Part shown: piece by piece, positions 22,851-35,797 of the stretch
Numbering within the stretch: position 1 is the first letter of the stretch
How the letters are laid out: each line of letters starts with the position of its first letter
Source of the DNA: Mobula hypostoma
Taxonomy: Eukaryota
Direction of reading: 5' to 3'
Assembly: GCF_963921235.1 (NCBI RefSeq)
Contig: NC_086097.1
Location: forward strand, 186,250,001-186,314,000
DNA: 64,000 bases
Notes under the pieces: model-generated
The model's input: only the letters and a program-made list of their open reading frames with translations
What the model was told of the DNA's origin: nothing
The model's database searches: none
Program-made: the position numbers and the translations under genes

Positions 22851-25727
22851 CTCAAATAGAGAAGAATTAATTTTTTCTTAATTGTCTCCCAGAAATGGGA
22901 TTATTCTTCATCCCTCACAAACTGTTGATCATGTTGCTCTCTGTCAGTATGTTCCAACATTCTTTGATATGCAATGTCAGAATAGACCAGTTGGAAAAGC
23001 AAAAATTGAGGATGAATAATATTAATAGCTAGTGAAAATTCGCGCAGAGTATTATAAAGATGATGTTGTGAGAGAGTAAAAGAACAAAATAATCAAAAAC
23101 AAAGTGTTTCATTTTCAGTTTCTACTGGAGGAAAATCTGGTGAAGAATAGATGGTTCAGAGTGAGGTTCATGGCATCAATTTTATATAGTACCTGGAAGT
23201 TAGGGTTTTCCAATGAGTGGCCTTTCCTTGTTCCTGACACCCTTATTCTCAGACCAAGTTGCAGGCAAATCCAATTGTCAACTTCAGATGAAAGGTTGTC
23301 CAATCCTTGATCCTGATGATCTCCTATGTTTGGGAATTAGAGATGTCTGATCTTAGGAGACAGCTTGGGTTGTGGGGGGAGGGGCAGATGTTGGGTAGGG
23401 GTGGGGTTTGCTGTGGGTCAGAGAAAGCCCTTCACATCCTGAGCTACAAGTAGTGCTGGAAGTTCATCTGCACTTATTGGGATTCTAAGGAGTAGGCTAT
23501 CAATGGTAAAAAAAATTTAAAAACTGCAGATGCGCAAATCTGAAAAAAATCACACAGAAAATAATTCAGGTTAAAGTCATTTCATCATTTCTACCTATCC
23601 TGTTAAATATTTCCTGTTTCTTCAGTTTTTGACAGTGCTGAAGAAACACCGACCAATTTCTTCTCTAAATGATGGGCTTTGAGCTGACTTGAGCTTCACT
23701 TCTGTTCTGCATAATATCAATTTAATTATCATTGTATAGGCATGAATTCTTGAATATCAGTTATACATTAAATATTCATTGAAATATTTGGGAACACAGA
23801 AGTAAAATGTTGATGGAAGATGAGAAGTAGCTGTTGATAGCAATTAACCAAGAAAGTTATTAAAGAAAGCAAGTACAACAAGGATAATACAAACAAGCAA
23901 GATTTAAAAAACAATAAATGCAAAAAAAAATTCCCGAAGTAACTGTAAACAAAAGTGAGCAATTGAAAAGAACAAGATTGACCAAAAACACCTTTTGATT
24001 GAAACATTAAATGCCCAAGAAAAACACAATAAAAATAGAATTATACAAACAAAGGAAATCAATGTAAAGTAATGAAGTGGAAACTTGAAAAGGAATTTTG
24101 AAAATACAAATGAAAACTAATGAACAAAGACTGTAACTAAACAACCACTTGTTTGTGCATGAATGATGCCTGACTATGTGTCTTAGTATCAGAAAGAACA
24201 ACAAAATAAATGTTCAAAGAGTTCTGCACAGAACATCAGCCGTACACAGCCAAGCATGAAATGTTAAATCAAGTGCTTTATGGATTACACTTAAAAGCTT
24301 GACTACAAGAAATGTGTTAAAAATCAGGGAAATAACAAAAAAAAAGTTGCCAAAGTTGATTTGTAAAAACTGAATACAATTTTACTAAAGCAAGTTCATT
24401 CAGGGGCTGAAAAATAAAGCAATATGGAACTTATTATTTCAGTGAGGTAATTATCATGTCAGCTATTCTCCACTTTCACTGTGTGTGCGTGCATGTGTGT
24501 GTGTGCGTGCAAGTGAATAACACAGGTTTCCCTTTCTCTATCATGCTTTCTTTCTCAGCATTCTTTACATTTCTTATGGCTTTCAGATTTAATGAAGACT
24601 TCATGCCTAATACCTGTCCTCCCCACAGATGCTTCCTAACCTGTTGAATGTTACCTGTTGAACTTTTTTTTTCACTTTCTCAATATTAGCAGCACTTTAC
24701 TTTGTTTGAACTCGTTCATTATGATGGTCTGGAATCTGATACAAGCTTGTTAATGAGACATTGAGTGGGATGTTCACTATTGTAGTACTGAGTGCTCTTT
24801 TAAGATTTGAGATGACGCATAATCTGCCCTCATATTTGTACTCAGTTGCAAAATGACAGCTTGTAATTTTCTGTTATTTATTCATAATGGATTGAAAAAC
24901 CAGAGTTTGGATATTTTCTACATTTAGTCTCTTTGCATAAAAGCTGGGAACAAAATCAAAACAAAACCCTCCTATTTTGGAACAGAAGGAAGTTTCCCCA
25001 TAGGCTCAGCATTATATGTCTAGAATAAGCAGAAAATTCGCACAACAGATTTAGAAATTAATAATGGGAAAACATAACTAAATTTGAATATCAAATATAA
25101 ACTAAAACAAGCAGCCTGCATTCTGAATCACTGTATAACACTAAATAAAATATTTTGAAATTACTCTTTGATTGAAACAAAAGATGCGATGAAACTGCAG
25201 GTGCTCTGGCAGAGATACTTAAAATCTTTTTAGCCACAGTTGAGGCGCCGGAGGAATGGAGGATAGCTAATGTTGTTCCATTGTTCAAGTAAGTCTCTAA
25301 GAATAAGCAGTGAAATTACTGGCTGGTGAGCCTGATGTCAGTCATGGGTAAATTATTGGAAGGAATTCTAAGGGAATGGAAATATAAGTACTTAGATAGA
25401 CAGGGCCTGTTTAGGGATAGTCAACATGGCTTTGTGTTTCATTAGCCATGTCTAACCAATCTTAGAGATTCATAGAGGTTACAAGGAAGGATGATGAAGG
25501 ATAGGCCATGGACATTGTTTACATGGACATTGCCAAGGTCTTTGACAAAGTCCTCCATGAGAAGCTGGGCTAGAAGTTTAAGTCACTTGGCATTCAGGAT
25601 AAAGTAGTAAATTGGAGAGCATTGGCTAAAAAGGAGAAGATAGTTGTCTCTCTGACTGGAGGCCTCTGACTAATGATGTGCCACAGAGATCAGTGCTGGG
25701 TCCATTGTAGTTTATCATTTACACTTA

Positions 25728-27006
25728 GGCTACGTCCACACTAGGCCAGATAAATCCGTAACCGAAGCTCTTTCTCTTCGTTTTGACCCTCTGTCCACTC
25801 TGAAACGGCGTTTTCCTCCCATGAAAACAGAGCTTTTCTAAAACGCTCTCCAGAGTGTTTAAATCTGAAAACACTGGTTGGGCAGTGTAGTGTGTACAGG
25901 GTAACCGGAGCTTTTTAAAAATGCTGTCATGACGCGCCGGAACAGATAGTGGTGGCAGCAAGGCATTTCATTGTTTTCTTGAACGCAACCCCCAACACCA
26001 CAACAATATCTGACAATAGATGTGTCACAGCCTAATGTAACATTGTATGGAAATACAAGATAACACTGATGCAGACATGTTTTACACATTTAACAAGGTG
26101 CTTTATTAATGTATTGCTTGAGCAAACATTCAATAGATGCAATTGTCACTACTTCCAAAATGTTATTTTTAAGTAGTAGCTTATGTTTGGCATAGACGTG
26201 AAAACGTTAAAGCCAAAAAAGGAAAATTGTAAGTTTCACTTTTATTCAGGTAAAACTAAAATCACTTTTGCCCAGTAACTCATTTTATTGCACATGTTAA
26301 ATACAGCAAAATAATACAGAAAGACATGACAAAAGTAAAGGCAGACAAATGAGGTAACAGCAAATTTCACTTTTGCTCTGTAACAAGTCTTATTGCATTT
26401 ATTTGTAGCTGTCACTCTTTCATCGGTGAAGAGACTAAGTCTGTAGGAAATGTTTCCAAGGCGACCCCTCTGTGGGAGTGGGGAAGATGTTGGTGGGGCT
26501 GCCCAGGGGTCTGTGTGTCTGTATGTGTAGCTATTGTAGTGGCTGTGAGGCTGGTATTGTGGCGGTGAAAAGTACTGGGGGGGGGGGGGAGCCATCATAT
26601 TCCTCATCGTTGCAAATCCCTCTGCAACAGAGTTAGTCAGTTTTTCAATGTTCATCGTCAGCTGGGTCATACTGTCTGTGAACTCCCTGTCGGTTGCCTC
26701 CACACGCTCCAGTATTTGTTTTTTCAGTTTTAAGTCCTCCTGCACGAGAGCCAACAGCTGTCCGTCATTTGGCAATTCCTTTTAAGTTTTTCTAGTCTGT
26801 AACTGGCCGAATGCGCACCAGGCATACTGTTTCCTCTTCACTTGTTTTATGTAGATGTGTCCTGCGCATGCCCAGTCAAGGAGATTCGCCCAAGTACCCA
26901 TTTTAATGTGGACGGAGGTACTTTCAAAAACACCTGGTGTGGATGCCTATCGTTTTTACGCGAAACCAGCATTTTCAAAATTATCCGGTCTAGTGCAGAT
27001 GTAGCC
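25728..27006 (-). mobile_element. PIF/Harbinger non-autonomous element
   Basis: TIRs GGCTACGTCCACACTAG / CTAGTGCAGATGTAGCC flanked by TTA/TAA. Internal ORF remnant 26242-26775. Confidence 0.85.
26242..26775 (-). pseudogene. Coiled-coil plus Pro/Tyr-rich ORF remnant, probably the C-terminal part of the Harbinger Myb/SANT-type DNA-binding protein
   Basis: EDLKLKKQILERVEATDREFTDSMTQL...PPPPQY. It lies inside the Harbinger TIRs; no DDE motifs are seen. Confidence 0.55.
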
Positions 27007-27744
27007 TAAATATCCAGTTTATTAGGTACACCTGTACGCTTTTTCACTAATGCGAATATTGAACTAGCCACTCAATGCATAACTCAATGCAGAAAAGCAT
27101 GCAGACATGGTCAAGAGGTTCAGTTGTTCAGATCAAACAACAGAGTGGTGAAGAAATGTGACCTAAGTGACTTTGATTGTGGAATGATTATTAGTGCCAG
27201 ACAGGTGTTCTGAGTATCTCAGAAGCTGCTGATCTCTTGGGATTTTCACACACAACAGAGTTTACAGAGAATGATGTGAAAAACAAAGGTGGCAGTTCCA
27301 GGGTAAGAGGTCAGTGGAGAATGGCCAGACTGGTTCAAGCTGAAAGAAAGGCGACTGTAACTCAAATAATCACGCATCTCAACAGTGGTGGGCAGAAGCG
27401 CGCCTCTGAATGCCTAACACAATGAACCTTGAAGTGTGTGGGCTATAGCAGTAGCAGACCATGAGCATACACTAAAAGGCCACCTTATTAGGTAGAGAGG
27501 TACATAATAAACTGAGCATTGAGTGTATTAGTAATTTATATTAGTAATTTAGATAATAATGTGGTAAACTGGATCAGCAAATTTATGGATGACACTAAAA
27601 CTGGGGGCATAAAAGACAGCAAAGGCTATCAAATTTTGGAAAGTGATATGGACCACCTCGAAAAATGGGCTGTAAAAACAGCATATGGAATTTCATGCAG
27701 ACAAGTGAGATGTCACATTTTGGCAGGACAAACCATGGTAGGAC

Positions 27745-29592
27745 TATTAGGTTGGTGCTGGAATTTGCAGAGTGCCAACAAGATAGCTTTTTAGAGCAGC
27801 TTGTTGTTGAATCCACCAGGGGAAACACAATTTGGGACTGGGTGTTAAGTAATGAACCATATGTGATTAGGGAGCTTAAGGTAAAGGAACTCTTGCAGAC
27901 AATGATCATAATATGATAGATTCCATAAGACCATAAAACCATAAGACAAAGGAGCAGAAGTCGGCCATTTGGCCCATCGAGTCTGCTCCGCCATTTTATC
28001 ATGAGTGGATCCATTCTCCCATTTAGTCCCACTCCCCCACCTTCTCACCATAACCTTTGATGCCCTGGCTACTCAGATGCCTATCAATCTCTGCCTTAAA
28101 TACACCCAATGACTTGGCCTCCACTGCTGCCCGTGGCAACAAATTCCATAGATTCACCACCCTTTGACTAAGAAAATTTCTTCGTATCTCTGTTCTGAAA
28201 GGGCGCCCTTCAATCCTTAAGTCATGCCCTCTCGTACTAGACTCCCCCATCATGGGAAACAACTTTACAACATCCACTCTGTCCATGCCTTTCAACATTC
28301 GAAATGTTTCTATGAGGTCTCCCCTCATTCTTCTAAACTCCGAGGAATACAGTCCAAGAGCGGACAAATGTTCCTCATATGTTAACCCTCTCATTCCCGG
28401 AATCATTCTAGTGAATCTTCTCTGTACCCTCTCCAACGTCAGCACATCCTTTCTTAAATAAGGAGACCAAAACTGCCCACAGTACTCCAAGTGAGGTCTC
28501 ACCAGCGCCTTATAGAGCCTCAACATCACATCCCTGCTCCTATACTCTATTCCTCTAGAAATGAATGCCAACATCGCATTCGCCGCCTTCACTACTGACT
28601 CAACCTGGAGGTTAACTTTAAGGGAATCCTGTACGAGGACTTCCAAGTCCCGTTGCATCTCCGAACTTTGAATTCTTTCCCCATTTAAATAATAGTCTGC
28701 CCGTTTATTTTTTCTGCCAAAGTGCATAACCATACACTTTCCAACATTGTACTTCATTTGCCACTTCTCTGCCCATTCTTCCAATCTATCCAAGTCTCTC
28801 TGCAGACTCTCCATTTCCTCAGCACTACCGGCCCCTCCACATATCTTCGTATCGTCAGCCAATTTAGCCATAAAGCCATCGATTCACTCTGCAGTTTGAG
28901 AGGAAGAAGATAAAGTCAGATGTATCAGTATTACAGTGGGGTACAGGGAAACACAGAGGCATGAGAGAACAGTTGACCAAATCAAATTGGAAAGGGGCAC
29001 TAGCAGGGATGACAGCAGAGCAGTAATGGCTGGAGTTTCTGGGAGCAATTCCGAAGGCACAGGATAGGTACATCCCAAAGATAAAGATGTATTCTAAAGG
29101 GAGGAAGAGGCAACTGCATTGACAAGCAAAATCAAATACAGCATTAAAGGAAAAGAGAGGGCCTATAGAAAAAATGAATGGGAAGGTAGAGGATTGGGAA
29201 GCTAAAAGGAAAAAAAAGATGAAATATGAAGCCAACCAATAATATAAAAGAAAATAGCAAATATTTTTTTTCAAATATATAAAGCGTAAAAGAGAGGCGA
29301 GAGTGGATATTGCTCTGCTGAAAAATGGAGCTGGAGAGGTAGTAATGGGCGACAAGGAAATAACAGATGAATGGAATAAGTATATTATGTTATTCACTGT
29401 GAAAGACACTAGCAGTATGCCAGAAATTCGAGTGTTAGGGGGTAGAAGTGATTATAATTGCTGTTGCTAAGGATAAAGTGCCTGGGAAGCTGAAAGGATG
29501 AAGGCATACAAGTCTCCTAAACTAGATAGACTACAATTTAAGGTTCAGAAAGAGGTAGCTGAAGAGATTGTAGAGGTATTAGCAATGATCTT
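27745..29592 (+). mobile_element. Old CR1 endonuclease/linker fragment (27745-27923, resuming 28881-29592)
   Basis: QDSFLEQLV.E.TR...DWVLSNE before the nested element; linker and KSP..D..L motifs after it. Confidence 0.75.
27924..28880 (-). mobile_element. CR1 LINE family C, 5'-truncated, with (CTTATGGT)n-type tail
   Basis: ORF 28023-28871 runs uninterrupted from LADD to the C-terminus. gattc is present at both junctions. Confidence 0.92.
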
Positions 29593-29594
29593 TC

Positions 29595-30352
29595 CCTGTG
29601 CGATTCCCTTGTTCATTTGTCCCTCCCCACTAAATCTCTCCAGGCAGTTATCGGTGCAAGTGGTCTAAGTGCTACGCTTGGCCCTACACCTCCTCCAGTC
29701 CCAAACAGTCCTTCCAAGTAAGGCAACACTTCACCTGCGAATCTGATGGGGGTCTGGTTCTCCCAATTCAGCCTCCTCTACGTTGGTGAAACCCATTATA
29801 AATTGGGGGACTGCTTCAGCGAGTGTCTCTGCACCATCCGCTACAAGTGGGGCTTCCTGGTGGCCAAATATTTTAATTCTGATTCCCTTTCCAGTTCTGA
29901 TGTGTCGATCCATGGCCTCTCCTTGTGCCAAGAGAAGGCCACTCTCAGGGTGACGAGGAGAAATAGATGCTCATATTTCTCCTTCCGTAGAAAAAAATTC
30001 CACCCCCCCCCCCATTTCCCACTCTGACCTTTTAATTCTTTTCACCTGCTTATTACTTCCTACTGGGTCCCCTCTTCCTTCCTTTGCTTCTATTGTCCAA
30101 TCTTGGCTTAGATTCTTTCTTCTCCAGCCCTTGACCTTTCCCACCAACCTTTATGACCTTCCAGCTAGCCTCTTTCCCCTTTCCCCACCTTTTAATTGGG
30201 GCATCTCACCCCCTTCCCTCTCAGTCCTGAAGAAGGGCCTTGGCCTTTTGTGGACTGCTAGTATTTTCTATAGATGCTGTCTGACTTACTGAGTTCCTCC
30301 AGTATTTTGTGTGTGTTGTTTTGGATTTCCAGCATCTGCAGATTTTCTTGTG
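29595..30352 (+). mobile_element. Penelope-like element: GIY-YIG endonuclease remnant and 3' terminal repeat
   Basis: HFTCES...LLYVGET..KLGD.F.E...VA..FNS, then a pyrimidine-rich 3' region and cagtcctgaagaagggc (decayed hammerhead core). Confidence 0.8.
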
Positions 30353-30889
30353 TTTGCAAAAATTATCCTTTATAACCGAACCAATTGAATTCAAGGTTAG
30401 GAAGTTATGCTTCAATTTAATAGAACATTAATGAGACTAAAGATGAAGTGCGATGTATAGTATTGATCCCTTTTTTGACTTCTACCATGAAAATAATGAT
30501 TGGAAAATCTTGACAAATTAACAGTTTTTGGAATTCTCTTCCAGTAACATACAGATTTATCAGAAATGCATTACAATGTCTAGTTCTCATAGAAAGGATA
30601 CACTCCCCCGTCAGTTCGGTGTGTAAAGATTGCTTTCATGCCAATAATGTATATTTAATTAAAGAAATAGCCATTCAGTACAGGAGGTCTATGTGGTTCT
30701 GTGGATATTATCAGCCTCTTAAGAACTGCATTCTACCATAATCTGCTAACTTCAATGGAAAGTGCAGAAGAACATGCCAGGATTAGCAGCAAATGCATTG
30801 AAAAATAAGGTGTTAACCTGGTAAACAGAGCAAGCAAGACATATGACAACCAGGACCCTGTTAAAACTAAAAATCAATTGGTATTAACG

Positions 30890-31660
30890 AGAAAACCTTC
30901 CAATGGTCAGAGTCATATCCCACAAAAGGGAAGGCAGTTGTCGTTGTTGATGTTCAATTACCTCTGCCCCTGGACATTGCTGCAGGAGTTCTTTAAGGAA
31001 GATTCCCAGGACCACCATCTTCAGCTTCTTTATCAGTGACAGTCTTACTACATTAAAGTCAGAAGCAGGGTTGTCTAACTGCACAATATCCAACTCTATT
31101 CACAACTCCTCAGCAAATGGTGCAGCCCATGTCAGCACATTACAGATGCAGAACATACTCAGTCATGGGTTGGGAAGTGGCAAATAACATTTTGGTCACA
31201 GAAGTATCAGCCAATAAGAATGCACTGCGTAAGATAGTTCAACTGCCTATACATGATATTTAAAGGCATTACCATTGCTATGAACATATGAGCAGTATCA
31301 TTGATCAGAAACTCATCTGGAACAGCTATTGCATATAAACTATGGCTACTAAATCAGGTTCAAGACCAGGTATCCAGTGGTGAGTGTTTTACCTCCTCAA
31401 GACTTAAAGTGCTTTTGCCGTTAACAAAGTGCAAAACAGGAGCATGATGGAAATATTTGTCTAAGTGACCATAGATTCAATAACACTCATTATCCTCCCA
31501 CCTGATTTTAAAATATATCACCCTTCCTTCATTGTAAATGGTTTAAATCCTAGAACTCCCTACCTATCAGAAAGGCAGCATCTGTTTTTGGAAGCAGCTT
31601 ACCACTATCTCCTCAAAGGCACAAAAGAGAAGTTAATGCTGGGTTTAGCAACTAAGTCCA
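30890..31660 (+). mobile_element. Ancient CR1/L2-group LINE RT and 3' remnant
   Basis: Decayed AGV..G...GPTIFS.FI.D and KWQITF motifs. Confidence 0.55.
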
Positions 31661-32744
31661 GATCCTGAAAAATGTGTACATAACATATAATCTGGCTAAA
31701 TGCCTGTTGTATTGAGGTAAAATTTACCTATTATTATATATTAACAATATTTTGAAATTATTTTATGTTGAACTATGAATAATTTTCAAGATTTAAATAG
31801 GATTTTCCATTCTTATTATTCAAAAGATTTTCTAAAACAGACTATGTTAGAAAGGCACTTTGCACTTAAATGTATGGAATGATAGTTGCAGAAGTTAAAC
31901 GGAATAGTGACATTTACAAATGTTTAAGAAATTATTGTTACAATGCTAAAAGAGTAATAACTATTAACATAATTTAAAAATTAATGTTCCATTAATTTGG
32001 GCACGATATATTATACTTAAGAAGTACAAACATAAAATCTATCACGAACTTTTTTTGCCGCCAATGTAGCAAATGGAAAATTATACCCATCTATAGGGAA
32101 ATGGAGAATACATTAATATTTTAATAAAATTGGTTTCAAATTAGTCCTTAAATTATCAATCATAAATTTTAGAAAGGATTCGCAGTCTAAGTTTCCAACC
32201 TTTACCATCTACCCATCAGTATTGCATGTTCACTCTAAGTGGGGCAGCTGTTGACTGATTTGAGAAACAGATAGCAATCATCAATAAATTCAAAGAGCAA
32301 TGAGAATTGGGGAAAAATCAATAAAACCAGAGGACATTATGAAGATAATTAGAATACTAGAGTCTTTCACGAAGAAAGAGTTATTTTAATAGAATATAAG
32401 TAGAATGGTACCATGAATTAATAAAACAGAAATCCCATGGACATTAGTACAAACCCAAAGATCAGCAATCATACCAACAAATGCATCAATGTTTAAAAAA
32501 ATATCGATAATTTAATGGAACAATGGGTCCAATAACCATCAATGATTAATAAATTCCTAAACTCTTAGCCACACTGATAACTAAAGCACTATGTTAATGA
32601 GTCATGTCTGATTCAATAAATTCATATAGCAGCATGCATATCAACAAATCAATAAGCAAATGCTATGACATCCTTCCTACTTTCAAAATTCCTATTTCCC
32701 AACTATATAGCGTATATCAGTCCATTTTACTTACAAGTTTTACA

Positions 32745-32930
32745 ATGAAAATCAGAATCAGGTTTATTATCACTTTTTTTTTGTTTTGCAGAAGTACAGT
32801 GCAGGACATAAAAAGCTAAATTATGATAATTATTAAATAACTATAAAATATATATAAAGTATAAATAGTATAAAAAGAGAACAAAATAGTAGGTAGTCTT
32901 CATGGGTTCTTACACCATTCAGAAACCCGA
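32745..32930 (-). repeat. 3'-end fragment of Rex/Babar-like LINE
   Basis: Resembles 48230-48400 (aatcagaatcaggtttattat...gtacagtg...gacataaaa...ttcatgggt). Confidence 0.55.
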
Positions 32931-33424
32931 TAGCAGACTTATATTTTTGCTGTTCTTATTACATTTTAAAAGTACTTTATTGCCTGTAAAGTGCATTTAG
33001 GATGTCCTAGGGTCTTTGATGCATTTTTTCTTTCTTGAAAAGTATGTGTATTTAATGAAAATTTGTCACTGCTTCTGGCTTAGAAAGATATTTAATCAAT
33101 GCTTATATAATGTTGTGGCCTAGATATTCTTTCTAACATTGGCACGAAAGGGAGTGGGCACTGTAGACCCAGAATTTTTCATTTTCATTAGTTGTCTATC
33201 TGGGCATTTAGCATCTACAAAATTCCATTTTCAATAAAGTACCACAGAAACATCCTACTGCTACTATCTTACAAATAAAACTTGTTTGTTCAAGATAAAA
33301 ACAGTGGTTGCTTTCTTCTTTAATGGAAGGTATAAACATTTGCACTCCTAAATTTTCAGCATGCCCACTTTTCATCTTTAATGCTCTTCAATGAGGAAGT
33401 GCTACTGATATGGTCATTGGGTTA

Positions 33425-33685
33425 TACACAATGGAAGCAGGCCCCTTCAGCTCACAAAGTTCACAGAATACCGCTTACACTAACTGTATAAAACCCACTT
33501 TACTCTCTCCTCATATCCATCAACTCCCAAGATTATGCCAGTTACCTGCTTACTGAGGATGATTTCTCATAGCTAATTAACCAACCAAGCCAAACATCTT
33601 TGGTTTGATGAGAGAAACCTGAATCAGCAGAGGTCAGGACTGGTCCTGCATCATTGCAGCTGTGAGGCAGCAGCTCTGCCACGAT
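33425..33685 (-). mobile_element. Degenerate tRNA-derived V-domain SINE (HE1-like) with CR1-like tail
   Basis: Head agagctgctgcctcacagc on the minus strand, V-core-like ggtttc...ccaaagat...ggttaattag, and gaaggggcctg tail. Confidence 0.55.
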
Positions 33686-33739
33686 GCTTCATGAGTTAGG
33701 CTTTATTGATGCATGCAAATTATCATAATCATTTATTTA

Positions 33740-33978
33740 ATTAGATACAGTGTGTGGCCCTTCCAGCCCTTCAAGCCATGCCACCCAGCAATCCCCCATC
33801 TAATTGTAGTCTAATCATGCGACAACTGGTATGTCTTTGGGCTGTGGGCGGAAACCGAGGCACCCGGAGGAAACCCATACGCTCACAGGGAAATGTATAA
33901 ATTCCTTACTGGCAACAGCAGGAATTGAACCCAGGTTGCCCGTACTGTAAAGCGTTGTGCTAGCCGTGGCACCACAGT
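33740..33978 (-). mobile_element. tRNA-derived V-domain SINE
   Basis: Minus strand has B box GGTTCAATTCC, V core gggtttcctccgggtgcctcggtttccgcccacagcccaaagac, and a CR1-like gaagggc tail. Confidence 0.8.
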
Positions 33979-35797
33979 ACTTTTGGAAGAACAGTATTTA
34001 TTGTTTAGGAAGAACAGTATTTCGTGCCTCTACTTCAGTTCAGATGAACAATGAACTATAGCATTTTGTTGACATATTTCTAGGATAGATGCCGGCACAG
34101 TCACAGAATCAGAGCGTTTGGTAGATTATTCAATTATTTCCGTACATCAAAGGTCAAAAGCCTTTTATATTCTCATGGGTAACAGGTGATGCTGTCATTT
34201 ATTCACCATTTCCTGTTTCTTCAACTCATTTTCCCTGACTGCGTCGTGATAGATTGAGTTTTTGTAGGTAGAATCACATTTTATCACTTTTGTGGTGGAA
34301 AGGAAAACTCAGTTGGAGATAAGAGAATAGATACTATCCACATCACGTTTCCCATTTCCTAATCATTGATTATAAATTGAATATTGTCTACCCTTAAAGG
34401 GACCCACTTCACTATGATATTGGAGCTCCACCACCACTCTTATTATCCTTGTATAGATGAATATTTATTATGCTACATGGAGAAAATCCACTCCCATCAC
34501 TCCCTGATTAGTTCAGTGTGCCCATGCTGTGTTGCCATGGGAAATATGTTTTCCAGGTTAATACTCAGTAACCAGGCAGCAGTCATAAAGTCTGAACTGT
34601 ATTTTGTCTACTATATCAGTAAACCATGATCAACATAGTAAAGAGTATCTTCTGGTTAATGGAGATTATCCATCGATGACATGGCTTACAATAGTACAAC
34701 AAACAAACTTATGTACAGAACGTATATCACGAGAGAAGACTACTTCTGAGAATCACACAATGCCACAGAGTGGTAGGTTAGAGTTCTGAAATGCTTAGGC
34801 AATTAGTGCATTGCCCGGTTATCAGTGGGATATCTCTGCAGATCTAGGAGAGAGCTTAGGGTGACTGCTGAGCACAGGGCTAAATAATATCAACATTATA
34901 CTTGTTGCGAGCACTGGATCCACACGCACCTATCCACACCAAAATAATGCCTAGTGTGCTTTGTATCATAAGCCTGGATGCATCCTGCAGAAACAGTTTT
35001 GTCATTAATAGTTTATTAGATGCACTACAATTATTAATATTATTTTCCTTCAAATATGAGCTCTATGGGGAATTAATGTATGCTCGTTTATAAGATTTTC
35101 ATTAACTTAGCTTATTAGTAATTTAACAACTGCAGAAAAAATACCTTTGCTATTGATTGCTAAATAAAATATGACATTGCTAATGTTATGATTACATCAA
35201 ATATTTTGTAATCCACTAATTAGATGCAATTTCAGAGGATTTTCACAACCTTCAAATTCAGTGTATATATTCTTGTGAACATTATAAATGAAAATGATGA
35301 GAGTAGTAAAAGTGTGTTGATCAAAGAGACAGCTTATTGTGACAGAGTCTAACTTAGCAACAAGGAATATACTTCAGGCATTTGCAACAAAAATAGCTGT
35401 AGTGCACTTTGACATCATGTTGCCTAGCAATTTATCTGGCAACAGAGAACGTAGTACAATGCAGAACCGTAACAGCAATCCAGATTTCTCAATGTGATAA
35501 AATAGAAAGGTCCAATAATTGCTCATTAACATACGCCTGAAGCAAATTGAGGTCAAAAATGGGGAGCCACCTAAGCATTGCTATAAAATCAATCACAATT
35601 GATTTATATACATGATCAGTATGCCTCCTGTTAACTGACCATCTTTATTTATGTCAATTCAATAATGAAATAAAATGTATTTTAACTATAAATGGGGTTA
35701 AATTTGTATATAACAAGTGCTGTTCTGGAGCTGTTATTATGAAATAAATTTTGGTGGTGTTCACTTCTCATTAGTGAGGATAAATGCTTCAGTAGAA

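Larger units (their letters stand above)
25722..27525 (+). mobile_element. Tc1/mariner-type non-autonomous element with TA TSD; left TIR split by a Harbinger insertion
   Basis: TA|cact...ccagtttattaggtac on the left and gtacataataaactgagcattgagtg|TA on the right. Internal KKCDLSDFD.GMII.AR..LSISE.ADLLGFSHTT is a Tc1 transposase N-terminal HTH. Confidence 0.8.
25185..27740 (+). mobile_element. Old CR1 RT fragment (25185-25721, resuming 27526-27740), host of nested DNA transposons
   Basis: Decayed EEWRIANVVPLFK, SQHGF and SVLGP before the insertion; ISKF.DDTK after it. Confidence 0.85.

Noticed and set aside
23365..23410. G-rich tract with G-quadruplex potential
   Set aside because: Short low-complexity run with no supporting context.
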